The notes beneath the pieces were generated by a model. That model saw nothing but the letters and a program-made list of their open reading frames with translations, did no database searches and was not told the DNA's origin. Positions 7,798 to 16,979 of a stretch of 41,494 nucleotides of DNA are shown one piece after another (the stretch's first letter is position 1; each line of letters starts with the position of its first letter). Location of the stretch: assembly GCA_023250715.1 (NCBI GenBank), contig JAHFAF010000010.1:1-41494 (forward strand). The letters are read 5' to 3'. The stretch comes from Pseudobdellovibrionaceae bacterium (GTDB lineage: Bacteria > Bdellovibrionota > FAC87 > UBA2466). Made by a program: the position numbers and the translations under genes.

Positions 7798-10086
7798 TCA
7801 GTTTAAGCTCAAGGCGCCCCGGGACATGCGAATAACGGCGTTCAAGGAAGCCCCTGCCTCAGCCTGATTGGATTTATTCGCAACCCGTCGCAGGTGAACT
7901 CCAAAGATCTCTCCCTTCCATTGAAACTCGTCCCAGCTCCGATTTTCACTAATCCAAACCATGTTTTGAGCGGGTATTCCCAAAACAGAAGGGACGAAGG
8001 ATCGAAGAAAACGGGGAAACTGCGCTAGTGTTTCATCATAGGACGCCTTCTTACTTCCGCCCTGAACGAACTGAAGTATTTCGCATTTGGATTCTTTCGA
8101 AAATCGCCGATAAATTCGATATCCTGTATCCCTCGCTTTAATTCTAAGCAGCGAAGCAAGAACATTCACCCATACATAAAGAGCTCGACGAGCCACGAGT
8201 TTTCGATGAAGCCAACGGATGAGCTCTCTCCCCCTGAAAGAGCGGTCGAGCTCCGGCGTAAAATCCAGATCCGCCTTCACGACTTTTGCCAAGTCAACGA
8301 GCATACAATGCACGGAAGGAAATCTCTGGTACTTTGACACATTCAGAGGATCCCAACCCGATCCAAAAAAAGCCAAGCCCTTCTCACGCACATGAGCGAG
8401 GAGCTCGGATGCCCATTGAGGACGAAGAATGAAAAAATCCGGATCCAGAACTAGTAGAAACCGGCTTTGGATCTCCTTCATCCCTCTCATGAGACCCGCC
8501 CCATGATGATAACTTCCTGCATCGTATGGGTTAGGCGTCGCAGCCACACCTGAAATCACTTTAATTTCCCCGTTCGATTCCTCGGCCAAGCTTTCCAATT
8601 TTTCTAGTGGGACCCCGTCATTGTTCACGATCACCCACCGCGGACGGCAGGTATTCAATTCCCCAGTGAGGGAGATATTCTTAAGTAACAGGTCTTCCGA
8701 CTTGTATGCGACGGTCAAGATCGTAAGCCTCGTCAGACTCTCTATCGCATCGGCCGCATGACGGCCCGCCGGCATTTCCTTTCCAAGAGGTCGGGTAAAA
8801 GCCAGGGAGAAAGAATTGCGATACGCCTCCAGCGGGTCCTCTCCTTGAATGCAAATCTCCTCGAGTTGAGTGACCGCTTCTGCAATGCCCTTGGAAAGGT
8901 AAAGCGTTCTTGCGGTTACTAGCTCCTGGAAATGTTGGGCCTGCGTCTGGGTTATTCCAAATTCCGGGAGAACCAAGGAGAGACAAGGTTTTCCTATGAC
9001 GATGGCGTCTATCATCCCGGTTGTATTAAGCCCAACGGTGGCTTCGCTATGGCTAACACTTTGATAAAAATCGAGCAGAGACTCATCGGTATCGGGCAAT
9101 GCTCCCGCCGGTGGCCAGATTCGAAACTCAGAGCTCGCCTCCCGCTCGTATGCCGCGAAATTAGAGGGATGAGGGCGAGCCAATATTTGAGTTTCCTGTA
9201 TTTTACGGTGGGAACTCTCCTTGAGCGCCTTGGCCAGTGCTCGAACTACCCACACCTCGTTTTCGGAAATACTCGGCGCCGAGCCGAGATAAAGTAGAAA
9301 GGGTTTTTCCGGATCTAGCCCCACTTTCTTGCAGAACTCGACGCGGTCGGTGCGCGAATCGTCCACCGTCCACCATTTGTCGAAGAAAGGAGAACCTGTG
9401 ATCCGAATACGATTCGGATTAATCTTATGAATGGAAACCGCTTGCTCGAAATGAATTTTATTCCAAACCAATAAGAGATCGGGCTCGACGTGAAAAAGCC
9501 CTTTCGTCGTTAGATTATCCCAGGAAAGGGTGGCCACCACCGTGGGAATCCTCAACCGCTTCGCCGCCTTTATGTATTCCGTCTCCAGCGAATAGACCAT
9601 GTTCACCGGAGAGCCCACAACGAGATCGGGCCGCTCCTCACAAAGATACCTCAGAACGTTCGGATTACAGGGGCCAACGCGCTCGATCAAGCGGAAAATT
9701 TCGTCCATCCATTCCAGAGCCAAAACATTCTTCACGAACGGGAACTTAACGAAGCGCTTTAGAATGTTTGAAAGATACCCTTCCCAACGATCTCGGTAAT
9801 AGCTCGACTGATCCTTTCTCCTCAGATAGCTGGCGAATGTACGCAGCTCCCGTATTTTGGCAAGCCAGTGAATCGAAGATTCCTCTGGCCGCACTACCTG
9901 CCTCTCTACGGAAAGTTTCCCCGGAAATCGATCCAATAGAGGATTTAATCCAGGGTAGCCGACAATTTTTTCAGTGGAAGAGCAAACGATCACTTTGACG
10001 GAGTGCCCCCTCTCGCAAAGGTGCTCGATGGTGGAGCTATGGTAGGAGAAATTCCTTACCGACTTTATGACAAAAAGCACGCCCAT
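7798..10086 (-). CDS. Two-domain glycosyltransferase: N-terminal GT-B-like module (SWDNLTTKG / RPHP motifs) fused to a C-terminal GT2-like module
   Basis: 762-aa ORF. The N-terminal ~330 aa are colinear with the partial gene at 1..902. The C-terminal part has a GT-A/GT2 signature: LTILTVAYKSEDLL, WVIVNNDG, LVLDPDFFILRP (DxD). Last gene of the 20166..7798 operon, 4 nt after the cytidylyltransferase gene. Confidence 0.7.
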   Translation of the reverse strand: MGVLFVIKSVRNFSYHSSTIEHLCERGHSVKVIVCSSTEKIVGYPGLNPLLDRFPGKLSVERQVVRPEESSIHWLAKIRELRTFASYLRRKDQSSYYRDRWEGYLSNILKRFVKFPFVKNVLALEWMDEIFRLIERVGPCNPNVLRYLCEERPDLVVGSPVNMVYSLETEYIKAAKRLRIPTVVATLSWDNLTTKGLFHVEPDLLLVWNKIHFEQAVSIHKINPNRIRITGSPFFDKWWTVDDSRTDRVEFCKKVGLDPEKPFLLYLGSAPSISENEVWVVRALAKALKESSHRKIQETQILARPHPSNFAAYEREASSEFRIWPPAGALPDTDESLLDFYQSVSHSEATVGLNTTGMIDAIVIGKPCLSLVLPEFGITQTQAQHFQELVTARTLYLSKGIAEAVTQLEEICIQGEDPLEAYRNSFSLAFTRPLGKEMPAGRHAADAIESLTRLTILTVAYKSEDLLLKNISLTGELNTCRPRWVIVNNDGVPLEKLESLAEESNGEIKVISGVAATPNPYDAGSYHHGAGLMRGMKEIQSRFLLVLDPDFFILRPQWASELLAHVREKGLAFFGSGWDPLNVSKYQRFPSVHCMLVDLAKVVKADLDFTPELDRSFRGRELIRWLHRKLVARRALYVWVNVLASLLRIKARDTGYRIYRRFSKESKCEILQFVQGGSKKASYDETLAQFPRFLRSFVPSVLGIPAQNMVWISENRSWDEFQWKGEIFGVHLRRVANKSNQAEAGASLNAVIRMSRGALSLN

Positions 10087-10090
10087 TGCG

Positions 10091-10810
10091 CTAAGCTCTC
10101 GCCATTAGCGTTTCCGCTAGGAAAAAATCTAATGGAGTATTGATGTCGACTGATTCTTCATCTGACATCTCAAAGGCGAAAACCGTTTTCCCGATCGTCG
10201 ACCGGTACCTGCTCAAAACCCTGGGCCTGGTAATGTAGATGGAAGCGTTTTGAATAAAAACGGGCTCGAGCTGATGATAGGCCAAGGTGTGAGATTGAGA
10301 GTCCCGCTTCTGCACATAAGGCTCGGCAAACTCTCCCTTCACCTTCCACATCTTGTAAGGGTGCTCGGAACACTTTCGAATCGATCGTAAGGAATCCACC
10401 CTGGGCGCAGCCAGCATCTTCTTTACCGCCCTATCGATGGTAGAAGCTTTTCTGAAAGGGGTCGTGGGATAAAGATTCACGACGAGATCCGGAACATACC
10501 CCTCGTTTTCACTCAACCAGCCCAATGCGTGTTGGTGAAATTCTAGCTCCGTCGATCCCGAGCCCGCAAGACCCCTCGGACGAAGAAAAGGGACTTCTGC
10601 CCCATACTTTCGCGCAATCGCGGCAATTTTTTCCGAATCAGTCGAGACAATAACGCGATCTACTAGCTTTGCCTTCAAGGCAGCTTCTATGGTGTAGACG
10701 ATAAGGGGCTTCCCGCCGAGAGAGCGGATATTCTTATTCTTCACCCGTTTTGATCCCGAGCGGGCGGGAATGAGGGCCAGAACTTTCGGCTTATCAGCCT
10801 TCCTTCCCAT
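10091..10810 (-). CDS. Acylneuraminate cytidylyltransferase family (NeuA/PseF/LegF-type CMP-nonulosonate synthetase)
   Basis: VLALIPARSGSKRVKNKNIRSLGGKPLIVYTIEAA, VIVSTDSEKIAAIARKYGAEVPFLRP. Length 239 aa. Overlaps the transketolase gene by 17 nt. Confidence 0.85.
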   Translation of the reverse strand: MGRKADKPKVLALIPARSGSKRVKNKNIRSLGGKPLIVYTIEAALKAKLVDRVIVSTDSEKIAAIARKYGAEVPFLRPRGLAGSGSTELEFHQHALGWLSENEGYVPDLVVNLYPTTPFRKASTIDRAVKKMLAAPRVDSLRSIRKCSEHPYKMWKVKGEFAEPYVQKRDSQSHTLAYHQLEPVFIQNASIYITRPRVLSRYRSTIGKTVFAFEMSDEESVDINTPLDFFLAETLMARA

Positions 10811-12749
10811 TTACCTTTTCCAACACTCGTATGCTAAGTGTCTCTCCATCCAATCGATGTGCTCTCAATGCCTCCCAAGGAGTTCCGCATACGGGGAACC
10901 CCTCCACGCCAAATTTCGTAAAGGTGAGCTTTCCGATAAGTCCCTCACGGTTCATAAAGCTAAAGAGATGATCTCCCAAGCCCCCGAACGGCGAATGATC
11001 CTCGAGCACGAAGAAATTCTCGCAATGGGCCAGCGTTTCCCTGAGCCATTCTTTATCGAAACGATTGAGCCAAGGCAGATTGACCACCTTCAGTGTTACA
11101 CCCTTCGCCTTCAGCAACTCAGCGGCTGTAAGCGCCTCATTCAGCATCACCGGGCCATAGGCAAAGAGAACATTTTCTCTTCCTTCGCTCAACGCGAACC
11201 CACGCCCCACTTCGAGCCGGTAGTTCTTGGGCAAATCGATAATACGCGGAGAGGGACCGATATTCAGCCGAACCATGCAGGACTCTTTCGCGTCGAGCAC
11301 CATGTAACGGGTGATGAGTCTCGCTTCCGCCCCAGAGGAAGGTTGCAGAATCGTCACATTCGGAAACGCCCCAAAGAGAGAAATATCCCGAGCTGATTGA
11401 TGGGATTTTCCAGGCCCCGCCGGAATCACGCCTGCAAAATGGCAGGCAAAGATGATTTTTCTATTTTCGGAAAGGGCGTTGTAAATCTGTTCGTTCCCCC
11501 TAGCCGCCAAGAAGTTCGCGAAGGAATTGCAAATCGGCAAAAGTCCCTGAAGAGCAAGACCGCTCGCCATTGAGACCATATCCTGCTCGGCAATTCCCAT
11601 CTCGATAAAGCGCTTCGGGTAGGTATCTTCGAATTCACGAATGCGACAGTCCAAAGAGAGGTCCGCATCCAAAAGGACGAAGTCTTCCTTTTCTTTCGCA
11701 AGCTCTACCAGTGCCTTGCCATAAGAGTCCGCGACAAACTCGCTCGTGTTCTTACTCACCGCGAGCGCACTCGACGGTTTTTTCTCCGGGAGCGCCTCGA
11801 CCCTTTGAGGCTCCGCGATCTTTAATCGCGTAAAATCCGAACAAATCCCATTCCAAAGCTCGTCATAAGCACGCACGTAGGAGGCATCGTCCGGCGCCCC
11901 CGCATGCCACCGGTAGTAGCCATTATTCTCCTCGAGTGCTACCGGGTGCTCCATGAAGGAGACGCCACGACCTTTGATCGTATCGCAAATCAAAAACTTT
12001 GGTTTATCCTGAACAGCGTTCAGTTTTGCGAAACACTCCTCAAGTCTTAGGTAATCATGTCCGTCACAACGTTCCACATGCCAGCCGAAGGAGGAGAGTT
12101 TTTTCGGCAAATCACCTAAAGAAACAATGCGATCGATGTAACGATCGGACTGCAGTTTATTGTGGTCCATGACGACGATAAAATCGTGCCGCTTTTGTTG
12201 CACCGTCGACTGCAAGGCCTCAAAGTTTTCACCTTCTTGCCACTCGCCGTCGCCGGTCATGACGACAACCTTTCCTTGCCAGCCCTGATAGCGCTTTGCG
12301 AACGCCATCCCGCGCGCCTTCGAGATTCCCATCCCCAATGAACCCGTATTTGCCTCTATTCCCGGAATTTTAACGTCCGGGTGCCCATCTAATCCGCCGA
12401 GCCGACGCAGGGCCAGAAACTTTTCCTCAGGCACAATTCCCATCGAGTAAAGAGCGGCATACTGCCCAGGTACATCATGACCCTTCGACGAAAAATAGAT
12501 ATCGCGATCCGGGTTCTCGATGCCCGCATGCCTCAAGTTCAAATGGCGGTAATAGAGGAAAATTACGATGTCCATCGCACTGAAACTCGAACCCAAATGC
12601 CCAGAACCCGCCCGCTTCACCTCGAAAAGGGTGTTCATGCGACACATCTTCGCGATTAAAGGCAATGTCTCTTTCCAATCGAGTCCCGCTTTTGAAACGC
12701 GATCAAATTCCGACTTCGGGATGAATTTCATTTCCATGCTCTTCCTCAA
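10794..12749 (-). CDS. Transketolase-family ThDP enzyme with fused N- and C-terminal 'split transketolase' halves
   Basis: GSGHLGSSFSAMDIVIFLYY, SSKGHDVPGQYA, ThDP/Mg motif VVVMTGDGEWQEGENFEAL. Pyrimidine-binding half: FIEMGIAEQDMVSMASGLALQG. C-terminal domain: VRLNIGPSP...LKVVNLPWL. Confidence 0.85.
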   Translation of the reverse strand: MRKSMEMKFIPKSEFDRVSKAGLDWKETLPLIAKMCRMNTLFEVKRAGSGHLGSSFSAMDIVIFLYYRHLNLRHAGIENPDRDIYFSSKGHDVPGQYAALYSMGIVPEEKFLALRRLGGLDGHPDVKIPGIEANTGSLGMGISKARGMAFAKRYQGWQGKVVVMTGDGEWQEGENFEALQSTVQQKRHDFIVVMDHNKLQSDRYIDRIVSLGDLPKKLSSFGWHVERCDGHDYLRLEECFAKLNAVQDKPKFLICDTIKGRGVSFMEHPVALEENNGYYRWHAGAPDDASYVRAYDELWNGICSDFTRLKIAEPQRVEALPEKKPSSALAVSKNTSEFVADSYGKALVELAKEKEDFVLLDADLSLDCRIREFEDTYPKRFIEMGIAEQDMVSMASGLALQGLLPICNSFANFLAARGNEQIYNALSENRKIIFACHFAGVIPAGPGKSHQSARDISLFGAFPNVTILQPSSGAEARLITRYMVLDAKESCMVRLNIGPSPRIIDLPKNYRLEVGRGFALSEGRENVLFAYGPVMLNEALTAAELLKAKGVTLKVVNLPWLNRFDKEWLRETLAHCENFFVLEDHSPFGGLGDHLFSFMNREGLIGKLTFTKFGVEGFPVCGTPWEALRAHRLDGETLSIRVLEKVNGKEG

Positions 12750-14212
12750 ACTCCTTTGGGGTCCACGTTGTGATAAACGACCTTCAAATTGGAATAGACA
12801 TCCAGCGCCTCCGGCCCGGGCTCACGCCCGCCATTTCCGGAATTCTTTACGCCACCGAAGGGCATGTGTGGCTCGCTCCCATGAGTACCGGCGTTGATAC
12901 TAACAACTCCCGACTGAACTCGACGGGCAAATTCATAAGCACGGTGGTAATTTTTCGTGTGAATTGCGGCCGTCAGCCCATACTCGCTTTCATTCGCCAG
13001 CTTCACCGCGTGATCAAAATCACGAACCCGGTAGAGACAAGTAATGGGCCCGAAAAGCTCATTTCTGGAAATCTCATCGCCAGGCTGCGCCTCTTCGATC
13101 AAAGTGGGGCTTATGTAATAACCATTTCGGTGCTTCTCATCCGTTAGACGAGTGCCTCCGACGAGAACCTTGGCCCCTGCTGCTTTCGCCTGTTCTATCG
13201 AAGCAAGCATATTCGCGAGCTGCTTTTGGTTAATCACCGGCCCATAATCGTCTTCATCGGCCGGTCCTACCTTTAAAGAAGCAATCTTTTCCAATAGCTG
13301 TGTTTTGAACTTTTCGTAAACGGAATCGAAAACCAGCAACCGACTCGAAGCGGCGCACCGTTGACCGGCATTGCTGAATGAAGAGAGTAGCGCCCACTTT
13401 ACGGCGTTATCCAAATCGGCATCCTCACAAACCACGAGCGCATTCTTCCCACCGAGCTCCAAGCAGACTTTTGCGAGCCTCTCCCCGGCAGCTTTTGCTA
13501 TTTGCCTGCCGACGTTGGTCGAACCCGTGAAGCTAATGAGCTGCACTCTAGGATGCGCGACGAGCGGCGCCCCCACTTCATTCCCAAATCCATGGAGAAT
13601 CGTAAGTACTCCAGGCGGGAGCGCCGACTCGGAAATGACTTTTCCCATGATCCATGCAGTGAGTGGAGTATCCTCGGACGCCTTCAAAATGGCGGCATTC
13701 CCGCAGATGATTGCAGGGAAAACCTTCCAAGCTACATTTGCGACCGGAGTATTAGCCGCAATGATGAGACCGCAAACCCCAACAGGCTCTCGCACCACCA
13801 CTGGATATCGATTCGCTACTCCGCTCACCGTGGTACGCCCGAAAAACCTTTGCCCTTCACCCGCCATAAAGAAGGCTTGAGAAATCGCGGCCCCTGTTTC
13901 TCCGAGAGCATCTTTCAGGGACTTCCCCGTCTCTAATGCCACAATCTGTGCAATTTCTTTTTGGCGAACCTGCATCCTTTGCGCGATATCGAATAAAACC
14001 TCTCCTCGCTTTACTCCCGGAGTAGCGGCCCACAAGGACTGAGCCCGCTCCGCAACCTCTACCGCGCGATCCACATCCTCTTTTCCAGAACGAGCCAATT
14101 CGCAAATCTGCTCGCCATTATGGGGATTCAACTTGGGTATGTACGCTCTCGAATGGGGCGCCACATCCTCATTCCCGATAAAATTCAAAACTCTCGTTAC
14201 CACGCGGTCCAC
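12746..14212 (-). CDS. NAD(P)+-dependent aldehyde dehydrogenase
   Basis: FTGSTNVGRQI, catalytic-Glu motif CLELGGKNALVV, catalytic-Cys motif SNAGQRCAASSRLLV, ELFGPI, PFGGVKNSGNGRE-like tail. GTG start at 14212, with alternative in-frame starts slightly downstream. 4-nt overlap with the transketolase gene. Confidence 0.9.
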   Translation of the reverse strand: MDRVVTRVLNFIGNEDVAPHSRAYIPKLNPHNGEQICELARSGKEDVDRAVEVAERAQSLWAATPGVKRGEVLFDIAQRMQVRQKEIAQIVALETGKSLKDALGETGAAISQAFFMAGEGQRFFGRTTVSGVANRYPVVVREPVGVCGLIIAANTPVANVAWKVFPAIICGNAAILKASEDTPLTAWIMGKVISESALPPGVLTILHGFGNEVGAPLVAHPRVQLISFTGSTNVGRQIAKAAGERLAKVCLELGGKNALVVCEDADLDNAVKWALLSSFSNAGQRCAASSRLLVFDSVYEKFKTQLLEKIASLKVGPADEDDYGPVINQKQLANMLASIEQAKAAGAKVLVGGTRLTDEKHRNGYYISPTLIEEAQPGDEISRNELFGPITCLYRVRDFDHAVKLANESEYGLTAAIHTKNYHRAYEFARRVQSGVVSINAGTHGSEPHMPFGGVKNSGNGGREPGPEALDVYSNLKVVYHNVDPKGV

Positions 14213-15024
14213 CCTCCATCGACTACTAGGTTAGATCCGGTCATATACGACGAGGCATTCGATGCGAGAAATACAACAGCACCATTCATCTCGTGAGATT
14301 CCGCCATCCGCCCGACGGGAATGCGCTTCGTATACTCCTCCAAAAATTCTTTATCCTGACTAACGTAGATTCCGGCCGGCGTAAGCGTATTCACCCGAAC
14401 CCCCTTTTTCGCCCAATAGGTAGAAAGGTAACGCGTGAGATTCAAGACGGCCGACTTCGTCGTCGCATAAGCGGCGGGTTTGTACCACTCCTGCCCCGCA
14501 CGGCGCTTGTATTCGTAAATATCTTGATTCGGAGAAACTAGCCCGTACGTAGAAGCGATATTGATGATACTTCCCCGACCCGCCACTGCCATCGCTCCAC
14601 CAAAAACCTGGCAGGCAATCCAAGTTCCCTTCACGTTGACCGCAAGCACGCGATCCAAGGATTTTTCTGGGTACGTCTCAAACGGCCCATTTTCTTCCGC
14701 CGGGGCATCAGGCGGCGAATCGATAGCGGCATTGTTGATGAGAATCTCAGGAACCCCCCACATCTGCTGAATCTCCGCTAAGCAGCGCTCTAAGTCTTCG
14801 CGTTGGGTAATATCCGTACGAAATAAACGAATTTGGCCGGATGCCGTCAAGGTTTCCCACCGTTCAGGAAAAGGGCCTTTCTGCACTGAAAGGAGATCAA
14901 TCGCGGCAACTCGGGCGCCATACGAGGCGAGTGCGGCACAAAACTGTTTACCCAATAATCCAGCACCGCCTGTGACTACCGCTACTTTGTCCCGCAATGA
15001 AAAGAGATCGTCCATTGGCCTCAA
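14197..15024 (-). CDS. Short-chain dehydrogenase/reductase, PtmA (flagellin-modification protein A)-like
   Basis: VAVVTGGAGLLGKQF (TGxxxGxG), NNAA, an insertion before the catalytic YATTKSAV (YxxxK), and GSNLVVDGGWTAW at the C-terminus. Confidence 0.85.
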   Translation of the reverse strand: MRPMDDLFSLRDKVAVVTGGAGLLGKQFCAALASYGARVAAIDLLSVQKGPFPERWETLTASGQIRLFRTDITQREDLERCLAEIQQMWGVPEILINNAAIDSPPDAPAEENGPFETYPEKSLDRVLAVNVKGTWIACQVFGGAMAVAGRGSIINIASTYGLVSPNQDIYEYKRRAGQEWYKPAAYATTKSAVLNLTRYLSTYWAKKGVRVNTLTPAGIYVSQDKEFLEEYTKRIPVGRMAESHEMNGAVVFLASNASSYMTGSNLVVDGGWTAW

Positions 15025-16145
15025 GCATTGGGCTGAGGCGCCCGTCCCGCGGACGGTTTCGGCGACAGACCCGCTAATACCCCTTCTTGGACCTGACTTA
15101 ATGCTTCCAGGCTGATGGGCTCGTCCTCGAGGATAGTTTTCTGAACCGTGGTTCCCAAAAGGCTATCTAATGTGTAAGGCGGCAACCCATCGCCAGGCGA
15201 CTTCAGGCAAAGATCCTCGCGCTGTAATGTTTGGCCCGCGAAAAGATCCCTTGCCGCCACGACCTTCTTTCCCATCTTAATGAGCGGCTCGCGCTCACTG
15301 GGATGTTGCTTCTTCCCCGGGTTACCGAGTGCTTCACGCGTGCGCTGTAAATCACGCACCATTTTTCGCAGACCCGTTGGCTCTAAGGAAAACGCGTGGT
15401 CGGTGCCTTTCCAGGCCCGGTTCAAAGTAAAATGTTTTTCGACGACTCGAGCCCCCAACACGAAGGCCGCCACCGCCATGGCAATTCCATTGTCATGCGA
15501 GGAAAGGCCAATGACGATATCGGGGAACGCCGCTCGGAAAGTAGTAACCACGTTCAAGTCCAATTCGTCGAACTTGGCCGGATAGCCAGCCGTACATTGC
15601 AAAATCGTAAGCTGTGTATTGATCGGCATGATGGCGTCATAGGCACGCTGAACATCTTCCATATCTCCGCCGCCAGTGCTAACCACCATGGGCTTTCCAA
15701 GCCGCGCCACGTGCTTCAAGAGGGGAACATTCTTTAGATCTCCGGACGCAATCTTATAGGCCGGAATATCTAGCTTCGCCAAGAAGTCAGCACTCTTGAA
15801 ATCAAACGCGGTCGAAAAAAAAGTGATGCCCAATTGCTTCGCGTACTCTTTCAGCTCCACATGTTGTTCCCAACCGAATTCCAATGCTTCTCGATGAGCC
15901 CCATAAGTTGCGCCGTACGCGTTCTCGCTATTGTAGGGTTTGTTGTACATCGCCCTCGTGAAGAGGGTGACGTTATCGCGCTTTTGTAATTTCACCGCGT
16001 TCGCGCCACATTCCTTGGCCGCTTGAAATAATTTTTTGCAGGTCTCCACGTTACCTTGGTGATTGTGTCCGATTTCGGCAATCACATAGCAATCGGTGGA
16101 ATCGCTGATAAGCCGGCCATCGATGGTCAATTGTCGAATTGTCAT
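15021..16145 (-). CDS. NeuB-family PEP-condensing ulosonic-acid synthase (NeuB/PseI/LegI type) with C-terminal SAF domain
   Basis: CYVIAEIGHNHQGNVETCKKLFQAAKECGANAVKLQKR, KIASGDL, GLSSHD, EKHFTL, and a SAF-like VVAARDLFAGQTLQREDLCLKSPGDG. The track ORF begins at GTG 16160. ATG at 16145 preceded by GAGGAG seems the better start. Confidence 0.85.
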   Translation of the reverse strand: MTIRQLTIDGRLISDSTDCYVIAEIGHNHQGNVETCKKLFQAAKECGANAVKLQKRDNVTLFTRAMYNKPYNSENAYGATYGAHREALEFGWEQHVELKEYAKQLGITFFSTAFDFKSADFLAKLDIPAYKIASGDLKNVPLLKHVARLGKPMVVSTGGGDMEDVQRAYDAIMPINTQLTILQCTAGYPAKFDELDLNVVTTFRAAFPDIVIGLSSHDNGIAMAVAAFVLGARVVEKHFTLNRAWKGTDHAFSLEPTGLRKMVRDLQRTREALGNPGKKQHPSEREPLIKMGKKVVAARDLFAGQTLQREDLCLKSPGDGLPPYTLDSLLGTTVQKTILEDEPISLEALSQVQEGVLAGLSPKPSAGRAPQPNA

Positions 16146-16232
16146 AATCTCCTCACCCACAAAAGCTCTAACCCCTGGTTAAGGTTGGCAGGCTAGTCTA
16201 AGGAGGTTTTGAAGACAAGCGGGGAATTCCCA

Positions 16233-16979
16233 CTATAATGCATTGCGCATTCTCTCTCGGACCACCTCGAGATCCTCCGGCGTATCCACCCCAACGGACA
16301 CGGAATCGACTTTGGCCAGTCCGATAGAAATCCCATTTTCCAGAGCCCTTAGCTGCTCCAGACACTCCCCCACCTCCAAGGGTGAAAGGGGGAGGGATCG
16401 GATTTTGAAAAGGGTGGACCTTCTGTAGACATAGAGGCCCAGGTGCCGGTAGCAAGAGAAGGGACCAGATGCAGGTTGCCGGCTGTAGGGAATGGGGAAA
16501 CGGGAAAAATAAAGAGCTCTTCCCTCTTTATCCGCCAGGGCCTTCACCACCGAACGGTTCTCAAGCTCGGAGTTAGAAAGGAGGGGGGTCATGGCCGAGG
16601 CCATTTCAAAGTGGCCCTGAGTGACTAACGACAAAGCGGCCTCGATCGTGTGCGACTCCATTAAGGGCTCATCCCCTTGAACGTTGACATAGACATCAGC
16701 GTCCGTTTGATCCGCGACGGCCGCCACTCTATCCGTGCCACTAAGCAAAGATTCCGGGGTCATCATCGCTTCGCCACCGAAGCTTTTCACCGATTCGAAA
16801 ATTTGAGTGTTATCGGTCGCAACGATTACCCGATCAACGCCTTTAGCGCCGCAGACGCTTTGATAAACCCACTGAATCATCGGCTTTCCACAAATATCGG
16901 CCAGGGGTTTTCCCGGTAGACGCGTAGACCGGAATCGAGCGGGAATGACCGCGATGATTCGAGACTTATCAGTCTTCAT
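16233..16979 (-). CDS. kdsB: 3-deoxy-manno-octulosonate cytidylyltransferase (CMP-Kdo synthetase family)
   Basis: MKTDKSRIIAVIPARFRSTRLPGKPLADICGKPMIQWVY, VIVATDN, YVNVQGDEPL. The track ORF (to 17159) has a 60-aa low-quality N-terminal extension that overlaps the upstream gene. ATG at 16979 gives the canonical ~249 aa. Confidence 0.85.
   Translation of the reverse strand: MKTDKSRIIAVIPARFRSTRLPGKPLADICGKPMIQWVYQSVCGAKGVDRVIVATDNTQIFESVKSFGGEAMMTPESLLSGTDRVAAVADQTDADVYVNVQGDEPLMESHTIEAALSLVTQGHFEMASAMTPLLSNSELENRSVVKALADKEGRALYFSRFPIPYSRQPASGPFSCYRHLGLYVYRRSTLFKIRSLPLSPLEVGECLEQLRALENGISIGLAKVDSVSVGVDTPEDLEVVRERMRNAL

Noticed and set aside
16222-16231. Perfect 10-bp palindrome GGGAATTCCC just downstream of the kdsB stop
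   Set aside because: It is too short to form a stable hairpin (3-bp stem once a loop is allowed) and has no U-tract. It is more likely a chance palindrome containing an EcoRI site than a terminator or operator.
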